DNA of 64,000 nucleotides from Haliotis rubra (lineage: Eukaryota): contig NW_025766980.1 of NCBI RefSeq assembly GCF_003918875.1, forward strand, positions 2,418,001 to 2,482,000, in the 5' to 3' direction. Under the pieces are notes generated by a model. It was given only the letters and a program-made list of their open reading frames with translations. It was not told the origin of the DNA and searched no databases. Shown here piece after piece: positions 1-10,056 of this stretch (its first letter is position 1; each line of letters opens with the position of its first letter). A program made the translations under genes and the position numbers.

Positions 1-161
1 TCCATCCCTGGTGGCTGGTACAGGTAGCGTTGAATACCAAGGGAGAGAACTCTGTGGAACAGGTGCTTGCCCAGGACAGGAGTAGTCACTGCAGCCAAGT
101 GTCCCTCTGTGTCATGTTCAAATAGGTACTGCTTGCCACTTGGGAGGATTATGTCAGTGGG
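1..161 (-). CDS. Ten-m: Teneurin exon, YD-repeat shell (runs off the window): PTDIILPSGKQYLFEHDTEGHLAAVTTPVLGKHLF...
   Basis: Acceptor ctcatccag|CCC, phase 0, matches previous exon; open frame to window edge; YD-like sequence. Not in the ORF track. Confidence 0.9.
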
Positions 162-320
162 CTGGATGAGTTGGAATAGAAAGTTCAGACGTTAAAGGTA
201 AACAAGAAGAAGCTATTTCAGGTAAGAGTGTCAGTGGAAGCTTTTCTTTATCAGATATCACAGGACAAAAATACAAGTAAACAGGCAAACATATATGCCA
301 GTATTTTGGAGTGTTAAGGT

Positions 321-498
321 CTGACTGACTGACTGACTGACTGAGTTTGGATTTATGCCGTATTTAGCAATATTCCAGCAATATCACGGAGGGGGACACC
401 AGAAATGGGTTTCACTCATTGTACCCATGTGGGGATTCAAACCCGGGTCTTCGACGTGACGAGCAAACGCTTTAACCACTAGACTACCCCACCGCCCC
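321..498 (-). mobile_element. tRNA-derived SINE family A, full length, (AGTC)n tail, 13-bp TSD
   Basis: Minus strand has A box TAGTCTAGTGG and B box GGTTTGAATCC; core gatattgctggaatattgctaaa; TSD ggagtgttaaggt at 308-320 and 499-511; homologous copies elsewhere in window. Confidence 0.92.
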
Positions 499-721
499 GG
501 AGTGTTAAGGTATTGATGATATTTGCATCATCATTTTTCTCAACAGTAATACATCATGGTGTTTCAGAGAGCCCAACACCTTAAGAATAAAAAAACCCCA
601 AAACACACATGTGAAACTAATTCATAGTCAACACAACACATTTTTTCAAGAGGTATCATGTGTATAACACTGACAACATATTTCCTTGTTGCTGAATGAT
701 CCCACCCTAATTCCTACCAAC

Positions 722-1024
722 CTTCTTTGATCCATATCTGTAGAAGTACCGGAACTGTGCCCCGTTTGTGGACGTCCTCTCAGTCAGCACCCCCTTGTCA
801 TACTGGCGAGTTTCTCGCAGTTCCCCGTACTGCCACTGGGTGATGTCGCCGCGGGGGCTGTACGTGATGTTCATGGCGTGGTGACCCGTTGCAGGCAGGA
901 AGTGAGATGGCAGGCCAGAACTGTCGTAAACGATCGTGAGAATCTCGCGCAGAGTCTTGTCCATGATTGTCTCCATGTGGGTTTTTCTGTCATACTCCAT
1001 TGTCAACAGATTCTCCCCATTGAT
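722..1024 (-). CDS. Ten-m: Teneurin exon, YD shell (INGENLLTMEYD...YRYGSKK)
   Basis: tttcag|ATC ... AAG|gttggt; 303 nt, phase 0-0. Confidence 0.93.
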
Positions 1025-2763
1025 CTGAAACAAAACGATCAGCCCTATGTTCTTGCTATCTCCTTAACTCCAAATATATCATGTAACCATGGCAATATAC
1101 TTTAACGTATGTGCTCTTTAGCCAACATCAGCCTTTTTGTGCTCTTGATGAGTGAATTTAAATCATTTGGACTTACATTTTTATTCAAGAATGTTTGAAT
1201 ATTTAACATTAAAAATATTTTTGGCTTGATATGTACATATGTCTCCATACTTGGGAACAAGGCCTTCATATTGTTAGTACTTGTACCTGCCACAAACCTA
1301 TATCGCACAACTAAAGTTAAAGACCACCCAGCTGATTCATATGAATATATTGGGTGTCTTTAACCTCTTTTTATTCTAGCATTGAGGGGCGATTATCACT
1401 GACCATTATTTGAAGCGTTTCACAAACAATACCAGAGATGACATTCGGCTCTGTATTACGGTGCAGTCCAAATTTGGCAAGTGACAACTGACAGTGTGGG
1501 GTTAATAGACAACAACTGATCTGCACTCAACATGTCGTGGACAGTAAAGCTGGTTGTTAACGATACACACATCTACAGATATCTATTTGTTAGGAGACAA
1601 TGTAAAGTTTACACACGACTTCTTTCTTGAAAATAGTCCAGGAATGTTAGTTCCATATATGAGTGCTGTTGGGATTATTTGTTTCTCAGAATTGATTCCA
1701 TAAAGTGACATCATGCTTTTCTTACACTGGAGCATAGCCAGAATATAAATGGAGGCAGTGGAGAGAGTTGGTTACAGAATATACCATGCCTCTTCTAACG
1801 GGAGGACTGCCTAACTATGCAACTTTTTACAGTGTCCTAATGCATATATCTGGATTTGTTTAGGTCTCATGTCTTCAAAAATAAAACATACAAAATAAAG
1901 ACATAACCAGCATGTGAAAAGAAGATTCATTTTCATTCCTCAAAATTATATAGAATATTAAATATCTATTAAAAATATGAGAAAAATTATAGCAATAAAA
2001 CTGTTAGAATGATAACTGAAGTACCTGTTTCATGAAAACAAATTCAACTATGTGAAAGCAAACAGAACTTTACACATCAAACAAAATTTGAAACTTGTAA
2101 TATGAAGTCATTTTAATAATTAGCATGCATACACAACTTAGAACAAACGAGAATCAAATCTTTAACATGAGACCCAACATTTTTAACTTTCAGAGAGTCT
2201 AACAATACAGGTTTCAACTATATGCTGTTTTGTACTACCTCATGCTTGTGGAAAGGGGGTAGACATTTGTACGGAGATTTCATTAGTTGGAGCTAACATA
2301 AAAGTCTCCGTTGATGCAGGTAAATCTTCAAATTATCTCCCCTGACCAGCCATTCTGCTTTTGCTTCCACCAAGGTCAGTCTGTGTTTGTTTCAAGGTCA
2401 ACAAAAACCATTCATGATAATGAGTGAAGCATGATTATATTAATATGTACGAATGTTCCACTTACAAATACGTCCATCCTCGGAACCAATGGCTGCAAGT
2501 TTTCACACGGTGAAGTCAAACATGTTTTAACACCAACAGTTACAAAGCCCACATACTTCACAAAACTTAACAAAAACAACTTGCAGGTTGAGATTTTCCA
2601 CAGTGAGGGTTTCAACAGACATAGCTCTCACACAGCTGTCTATAAGTCCCTGAGGAAAACAGGCACAATATCGCCAAGTTCTGTTTAAAATCAACATCTC
2701 AAGCATATGAGGTTCCAAAAAACTGTTAGAAACAGGGTTGCGATTTGGAACTACAATACTACA

Positions 2764-2862
2764 GTTACCATGGCAACATACATGAAGCCTGTGTCACGGA
2801 GACAATATGCGCGGGAAAACAACACTAAACATCCAATCAGAAATCTCAACACAGACTGACGT
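2764..2862. promoter_or_regulatory. Intronic cluster of promoter-type motifs (RFX X-box, E2F, CCAAT, CRE half-site)
   Basis: GTTACCATGGCAAC 2764-2777, GCGCGGGAAAA 2809-2819, CCAAT 2833-2837, TGACGT 2857-2862. Motif match only. Confidence 0.35.
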
Positions 2863-3704
2863 TGTCAACCAAAGCACAATAGACTGAATCAGACGATATC
2901 AGATATATCACCCTGTAATCTGTCTGTAACATAGCCACGTATACATTTGATGTCCTTGCCAATGCACAGACCAATCCCCTTTCGGAGATAGTTGGTTCAC
3001 TGAGTTACAGGAATAAGAATTTTGGATATTGACAATAAAAGGCTTAAGGCAAGGAGAGTTAGTCAAGGCTATGCTATCGACAGATTTTTCATTTTTATTA
3101 CTGTACAACTCTTTCACAACCATATACAGCTATGGACTGTTCCATTGTGTGGAAGCTACCATTGACAGATAGGGGGGGAAAGAGTGCAACCTGCAGCAAA
3201 GGACTCAATTTTCTGGTGTTCAAGCCTGATGGCACAGTTGCCATACACAGCAATTTGCTTGTGCACCAGAAAATAGAACACTCAGTACCAACAGTGATAA
3301 TACCAAAAATGCCACATAATAAATCTATAAACAAAATGGCAAAATGCAGTTGAAAACACTTGGCCTTTGCTGAACTCTTGCCATTAATATGAACTTAATA
3401 AACTGTCAAAAATAATAAAATTAAATTTGAAAAAAATCATATATAGAAACTGTCAAGGGGAATGCCATTTCTCTAATACCCATTATAATAATCATAATAA
3501 ATTAACAATTTAAGTAGAAAAATTATGTTACAAAACATAAAACAAAATGTCGAGAAATGGTATAGAGGTGAAAGGTTATCACTGTTGATTCTGTGTGTTA
3601 ATGATTACGCACGAGATGTAAAAACATACCAAGAGAGCTTTTTCCTTGATTCCATCCTCATGCCAATCATGCATGTGCGCATGCCGTGAAAACGGGGATC
3701 CTAC

Positions 3705-3952
3705 CCTCAATCGTTGACCAATCTTTTCGATGATTCGACTCTGCCGACTCCTACCCTTGCGGCGTAAATAGAAGCGCCATTCCAGCCGGTGAATGTACGC
3801 CCCTGGTATGATCACCTTCCGTTTGTAATGCATGCGATGCTCATTCTCCATGATTGGATGCCCTCCAGTTTCTATAGCAACAGTCAAGTTGCTAGGGAAC
3901 AGCACCACAACAGCTCCTCCAGGCAGGTACGTCACTTTCGTCTGGGTCGATC
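3705..3952 (-). CDS. Ten-m: Teneurin exon, YD shell (GSTQTKVTYL...LEWRFYLRRK...IGQRLR)
   Basis: ttttcag|GA ... AGG|gtagga; 248 nt, phase 1-0; EWR and G-RLR motifs typical of teneurins. Confidence 0.94.
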
Positions 3953-5983
3953 CTGAAAAATCCAAAATTGGTTTCACTAAAACTGAACATAGTGTGAAGA
4001 CATCCTTCAAACCAATAGTGTTCTACAATGTGAGTTTTTGACAATCTTCAGACACAATTAGGTTTTCAAGAGGAGAGATCAACAGCAGCCTGTTGTAGTT
4101 TTTAGCGAAAAGAAAACAAATGCACAACATAGACTTGACGAGAGAGGGCGTGAGAGAAGCCACGTAGATTTCGGCCATAACTATGTCGCGCTATCTGACT
4201 TAAGGCAGTGCTAACGCTTCTGTAGAGGGAGATACATTCACGCCCTAGTGGTGGAACAGTGATACAAGAGGAGGTAACTCAAAAATAAATCATCTCTTAT
4301 CAACTAAACGCAACAGGCAGTAGAAGGCTTTGCTCATGCTTAGAAACATACAAGTTATTCAGTGAAGGTTTTTGGCATGAGTGAATATTTACAAAAAATC
4401 AAACTAAATAGAAATGTCTTAGCTTGTCTTTAAGAATGAAACTAAAGAACCTGTGGAATGTGTAGAAAGTGACCAGTTCAGGGCATGCAGTGAAATTTGC
4501 GGAGAATATATGGCAAAAATGCTCTATGACTACGAGGCTCTAAATGAGCAGAAATGGAGGACAACAGATTGATGCATGAGAACCAATCGTGCTTCATGCT
4601 GCATAGTATCATTCAACTTATATTCCACAAAGCTCATTTGAATTTCTAAATGTGCATCTTTACTGCTATCAGTATACACAGTAACTACTTGTGAGTGAGT
4701 ACCTCTCACTAAAGAGAAACCAAATTTTCATGGATAAAATTGAAACAGACACTCAATATTTAAGATAGAAAGCATGCAGAAAAAGTTGAGATGCAGCTTG
4801 ATTAAAGCCTGATAACAGAACAAGTTATATACCCATACATATAACCGATACAAAACATAAGTATTTAACAACTATAATGCAAGTTGTGTACCTATATATA
4901 ACAGATTTAAACATCAAACAGGGATGCATGAAAGGACGTGACAACATTAGCAGATTAAAAATGTTGATGAAATGATAATAATCATCAAATGTCTGCTATT
5001 ATTATTGATACAATACAAATCCCACCAACTAATTGAATATTGAATCTGAGCTTTGTGAAACAAGAGTTTCAAGTCGCGATACAGAGTGATGGTGCAACAC
5101 TGACTAGGAAGATGCAGAGTATATTGTCATTCAGAGTTCAAAGATTGTTACAACTTGTAAGCTTTGGTGGGTGATATTCAGAAGGCATGCACACCATAAG
5201 TAGTTAGAATAAGAAAAACAGACATAATTTTAAAATTTGAGAAAACATCAAAATGGTCAAAATAGGTTTCTGTGTTGTCTACTGATTATACAAGTTTTAA
5301 TAGAAATCAAACATTTTCTATTCAAAATAAAACAAAAAGTTTACAGCAAAATCATATTTTGCTAATCTAAACCTTTACCCCACAACCTGGAGTGATTGCC
5401 ATCTTCATTTCCTAGAATAATGAGATTGGATTTATATATTGTCATTCTCAAACATGTCATGTAGCTTTTCTCACATGAATCTTGGAAATAGTTCAGACAG
5501 GTTCAAATCATTTACGCGTGATATTGATGACTGTATAATTAGTTGTGGGGAAGGTTGGACAGTGCTCAATCTAGGATCTTGTAGATTTATCTCTTTTTCA
5601 AAACTCTTAAAATCACTTAGTCTTTTTTTTACCTGAAATCAATTTAATATGGGTATGTACTTTTATGCTTACAGTTTCAAATAGCTGGAACATGTGTTTC
5701 CAACATGTTATTCGACATCTAATTACAAGGATTATTCAAAATGTGAAAATATGACACCCCCTATAACATGATTATTTGAAATTTGACACACACACACAAA
5801 AAAACACCATAAGAATTATGCCATGAGAAAATGTTGACTTTGTAAACAATGTCCCTTTTACGGACGTCTTGCTTTCTGAAATTGTTCATTAATATGTACG
5901 ATGAGATTGAGCATTGTCATCCTATTGGTAGCCAGCAACTGCTGTTTATTTGTGTATATCATAGGTGGAATGCAAGCACTTGC

Positions 5984-7058
5984 CATGCATGACAGATTGC
6001 ACGCTCCCATAGGTTGCCATAGCAACCACATCACTGCTATCTGTAGTGACATGAACAATGGAACCTGTTGTGTTCACGTCGGTGTGCAGACGAGTTATCT
6101 CCCCTGTTGGTTGGCTGATGGTGAGAAGTCGGCCCATATCATCGTACTCGTATTTGAAGGTCTGGCCGTCGGAAGTGTGTTTGGATTCCAAGAGATCTGT
6201 GCTCATCATGTAGGTGAAGGTGGCCGTCATGTTGTTGGGGGCCGTGAAGCGATAGAGGTGGCGTTCGTTGTCCATCAAGAGCTCACACTTAGCGCTATTC
6301 GGGGTGATGATTTCTTTAGCATGGGTGTCATACCCGCGGACAATTATCAGACTGTTGCCCGCGCTGTCAATTACAGATTTTACCTTGCCATAAAATGAGT
6401 TGACGTTGTAAGTGAAGTTGTACATGTACTGATTTGTCATAATGCTGATGGTGTGCTGGTGTTGTCCATAGCGGTTGAATATGAAGATTTCCTGGGTTTC
6501 CGGGGAGACAACTTCATACTGTTGATTCACACTTCGTTCAGGAAGCTCAGATACTATGGAGAAGACTCGGAGGTTTCCCATGTCAGCAATGTGCATGATG
6601 CCATCTGGGGTCACGGTGATTGATTTGGGCGTGTTGAACAAAGCCTGGGCAGCAAGACGTTCTTTCATCACATAACATGGACAGGTCTTCTTCTGGCAAT
6701 CACACTTGGATTTCGCCCCAGCAAAGTGATGTATCAATCCATCAGTTGTCACTACACGCACCCGGTTGATATGATGTGTGTCACTCTCGACAATGTAGAG
6801 GTCGCCATGAGGTGAAAAGGTGATTGACTCTGGTGACACGAGAGTCACGTGATCAGCTATACTTGTTGCCTGTTCATCGTCGGACAAGACACCAGCCGGA
6901 AAGAAGTTTGTTTGCCGAGGAGGGCAGTAGGCTGGACGTCCAGCCACTGTGACCAGTTTGTAGTCCTTGGTCAGTTTCAGGACAATGCTGTGATCAAGAA
7001 TATGCAGGGTGTCATCAAGCGGGTCAATTGCAAGAGCTGTTGGCCATCGCAGGCTAAC
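5984..7058 (-). CDS. Ten-m: Teneurin large exon: end of NHL propeller and first YD repeats (VSLRWPTALAIDPLD...YEYDDMGRL...QSVMH)
   Basis: tgtttcag|GTT ... CAT G|gcaagt (GC donor); 1075 nt, phase 0-1. Confidence 0.95.
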
Positions 7059-7238
7059 CTGAAACATCGGGAAGCAGCACGATTAGACAACATTTATGAT
7101 TGGTGATGAATCCAGATACCAAAAAATGTAAATTTGAAAAGAAATTAATAAACGAGATTGGTCTTTAATTCCTAAGTATAAAAACAATTCAAACAGTATG
7201 AAAGTATAGACATTATAAATTGCTCTGTATAGATATAC

Positions 7239-7372
7239 CCTCTCTGCAGACAGAATGTCATCACAAGGCATGGGTGTCCACTCTCTCAGTTGCTCCTGGG
7301 TGCCAATCAAGGTGGTGATGTAGCCATCAGCCGTTATCTTCCGAATATTGGGGCCATCTGGGTTGATGGCAT
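7239..7372 (-). CDS. Ten-m: Teneurin exon, NHL repeat (DAINPDGPNIRKITADGYITTLIG...CDDILSAER)
   Basis: gttgtag|AT ... AGG|gtatat; 134 nt, phase 1-0; an alternative in-frame acceptor would start the exon at 7357; 5' part shorter than recalled homologues. Confidence 0.85.
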
Positions 7373-7802
7373 CTACAACAGGAAATTACTCAGTAAGCAC
7401 AAACTTCCATATGCTACAACTATATAAAAAATGTAATGATAAAATTGGCTATACCTGACTCACAATGCTAACCTCATGAGTCAGGAAAGGAAAAAATACT
7501 CATTAAGCTGAATAAAATTGATATTTTATCCCTGACTATGCTACAACTGAGTCATAACAAAAATAAACAAACTTCATGACTATCAATATGATGCAAATTT
7601 TGTTGCTTGTGTAATTTCAATACCAAGTCAGCAATATTCCAACTATATAATGGTGAAAAGCCAATCCAGAGATTTGTCTTGTGATATACACCTGGGGACA
7701 GGATGACACACCATTCATCAAGACAATGAGCCTTATTATTTGTTCTAATTGATAACCAATCACATGATTATGACTGAAAGATAACTAAAGCTGAAGTTTT
7801 AC

Positions 7803-8038
7803 CTTTAGGATGTCTGAGACGGGCCTGTATGGCCATCTGACCGTCGCCGCACAGATCGGCCTCGCCAGGGGTGCACTCCTCCCCATTGCCGGCCACTGCT
7901 TCCAGGTTGTCCTTGAGGTCACGCACTGGACCCATGGTCTTCACTCGGATCACCTTATGGCTCATGAAGTCCGATATGTACAGACGTCCATCCACAGGAC
8001 TCACGGTCATGTAGAACTTGTAGGGCACCGACTGTGTG
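7803..8038 (-). CDS. Ten-m: Teneurin exon, NHL repeat (STQSVPYKFYMTVSPVDGRLYISD...CGDG...HPK)
   Basis: gcctccag|C ... AAA G|gtaaaa; 236 nt, phase 2-1. Confidence 0.93.
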
Positions 8039-8264
8039 CTGGAGGCAGATTCAGACACCATGGTTGAGGAAGACATGAATCATACACTAACAGAATCAGG
8101 GAAATAAATATATCATGCAGTTTGATAAAAACCATTGTCTTCCTTTAACCTGACAAAATGAGGTTATTCCAAGGCAAAATATATTTCAGCACCAAAGTAA
8201 ATGAGCGGGAATGTACAGTTATCTGCAATGAAACCAAGACCTGTGGCCTCCAATCCAAACCTAC

Positions 8265-8658
8265 CTCATCTCCAGTATGCTGGCAATCTCCTCCCGGTCT
8301 GGTGACAGCTTCCTAATGAAGTTGTAATCTCCCACATACAGACTACCATCCAGCCCACTTGCCAGTGCCACTGGTGCCAGGAGTCGATTCTCTTGAGCCT
8401 TGCCATTACAGGCGTCACAATACAGGTTGCGGCGGTTGCCATTACCGAGGATGTTGATGATGCGTTTGGGTTTCTCCTTGAGGTAGATGTTTGTGCCATC
8501 ACCCTTGTGGAGGATGCCCTCTTGGAAATTGTAAGTGTGGTGGATGTCAAGGTTCCAGCCACCGATTTCGGAGGAGGTCAGGTCAAACCCATTGACCGTG
8601 GTGCTCCTAGTCTCCCAGAAGATGTACTCACATTCCTGATACTGATAACCAACATACA
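8265..8658 (-). CDS. Ten-m: Teneurin exon, end of FN-plug and start of NHL (VYVGYQY...IGGWNLDIHH...LLAPVALASGLDGSLYVGDYNFIR...ILEM)
   Basis: tttcag|TG ... AG|gtaggt; 394 nt, phase 1-2; highly conserved teneurin motifs. Confidence 0.96.
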
Positions 8659-8802
8659 CTGAAATACAAAGACAATAGGTGAGTGACAGAGGCTACACTA
8701 AGTGGAGTATACCAGTTACATTACCAGCCTATATATAGTCTAGTCTGGTCCAAACATACTAACGGCCAAGCAACGACCCAATCTATGGAACACAACACTC
8801 AC

Positions 8803-9070
8803 CTCTAGCCGTCACTATCCCATAGACCTTCTGGTTGAATGCGTTCCGTCTGTTCCAAGAGAAGGTGTACTTGAGAAGGGGATCAGCCTCGAAGGTTTTC
8901 TCCAGGACCACACCTTCAACGGACACCCTGAGGTGGACGAGAGAGAGGTTTTCTGGGATGGTGGTGGGGGTCATCTGGATCAGGATGAGAGACATGTAGC
9001 CCAAGGACTCGCTGCTGTGGTACACCAGGTGCACTTTGGTTCCAGGGAGATCAAGGCTCTCTTGAAGGAC
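8803..9070 (-). CDS. Ten-m: Teneurin exon, FN-plug (VLQESLDLPGT...QKVYGIVTAR)
   Basis: ttgcag|GTC ... AGA G|gtgagt; 268 nt, phase 0-1. Confidence 0.95.
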
Positions 9071-9132
9071 CTGCAATGTAAGTAAGACAATTGGTGTAAA
9101 GGAGGGCCTTGAATGTAAGGTGAGTCAGTCAT

Positions 9133-9268
9133 CTGTTGGGTAGGAGAGACTGTTTGTGAAGAGCATATCAATCAGATGTTGGACAGGAGAGACTGTGAAA
9201 AGCACATCGATCAGATGTTGGACAGCAGAGACTGTTTGTGGAAGAGTGTGTCTGTCAGATGTTGGACA
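9133..9268. repeat. Degenerate ~45-bp tandem repeat, about 3 copies, in a short intron
   Basis: Recurrent gagactgt(ttgt)gaa...tcagatgttggaca. Confidence 0.65.
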
Positions 9269-9330
9269 TCAACAGTCCAAAGTTAATGATTAAAAGTGAT
9301 TGAAGCAGTGGTTATCCTGCCTTCACCCAC

Positions 9331-9610
9331 CTGTGATTCTGGAATGATGGTGCTCTTCTCTGGGCAGGCTCCTAGCTGTGTGTGTTGCCAGGTGGACAGA
9401 ACCACAGGCTTCAGGAGGTAGTGCTGGTGCTCTGTGCTGCAGTCCTCGGGGAACAGATGGTCGGGCTCCTCTTTGGTGAGCGTCATGATAACGGTATCCA
9501 TGGTGATGATCTGGTTCCATGGAGTCAAAACACTTGCAGACTTGGTCACAAATGGCTGTCTAATGAACTCAAGTTCCACAGAACCACCGCCATTAACAAG
9601 GATGTCAAAC
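9331..9610 (-). CDS. Ten-m: Teneurin exon, TTR-like domain (FDILVNGGGSVELEFIRQPF...PWNQ...IIPESQ)
   Basis: tttgcag|G ... CAG|gtgggt; 280 nt, phase 2-0. Confidence 0.95.
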
Positions 9611-9699
9611 CTGCAAAGAATTCAATACCCCTTGTATGACAACCTTGTATAACACCATGAGGTGAACGAATTGAATCAGCACAAATTACACACTCCAAC

Positions 9700-9932
9700 C
9701 CAGAGCAGATTTCTGTGAAGGAAAGTTCACAGCCAACAAAATGGGATCATAAAAATGGCAAAATGGGCTGGATGATCGGGCTCAGTCATTTGGTTGACAG
9801 AACCACATTGAAACCCAACTGTGTAGATCGTTACACACATCAACCAGGGAATTGTCAGGTGCAGACTTGTTTATTTACAAGATGCCATCTTATGGCAGGG
9901 ATGATGCTGAGTACAGAGATAAACAAACAAAC
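9700..9932 (+). mobile_element. Old dispersed repeat (family D, SINE-like) ending in (AAAC)n
   Basis: Shares gtagatc...atcactggattgtc/tggtccagactcg-type core with degenerate copies near 14215-14340 (-), 17345-17520 (+), 43365-43490 (+), 51220-51300 (+). Confidence 0.55.
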
Positions 9933-9936
9933 TTAC

Positions 9937-10056
9937 ACTCCTTCCTTTCTTGTGAGGGTGAACCCATAAAGAGGCTGCGCAACAATTTCAACCTTAACGC
10001 CGATCAGAGGTGTTCCATCTTTGGTTGTCACTCGTCCCCGGATGACCGACACTTGG
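9937..10056 (-). CDS. Ten-m: Teneurin exon (QVSVIRGRVTTKDGTPLIGV...YGFTLTRKEG)
   Basis: tttcag|C ... GT|gtaagt; 120 nt, phase 2-2. Confidence 0.95.

Noticed and set aside
321-498. tRNA genes at SINE heads (also 18.6, 28.7, 36.2, 40.4, 60.4 kb)
   Set aside because: A and B boxes run into SINE bodies with microsatellite tails and TSDs; not standalone tRNAs.
4130-4260. Strong minus-strand acceptor tctccctctacag as a poison or terminal exon (EALALP-stop)
   Set aside because: No convincing donor or polyA signal; an acceptor-like tract alone is insufficient.
1-7058. YD/RHS repeats as a bacterial toxin, contaminant or recent horizontal transfer
   Set aside because: They are spliced in frame to EGF and NHL exons; the YD shell is a known ancient part of teneurins.
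5901-9652. Plus-strand ORFs such as 5901-6398, 7810-8067, 8393-8662, 9382-9639
   Set aside because: Antisense shadows of GC-richer teneurin exons, with no recognisable protein features.
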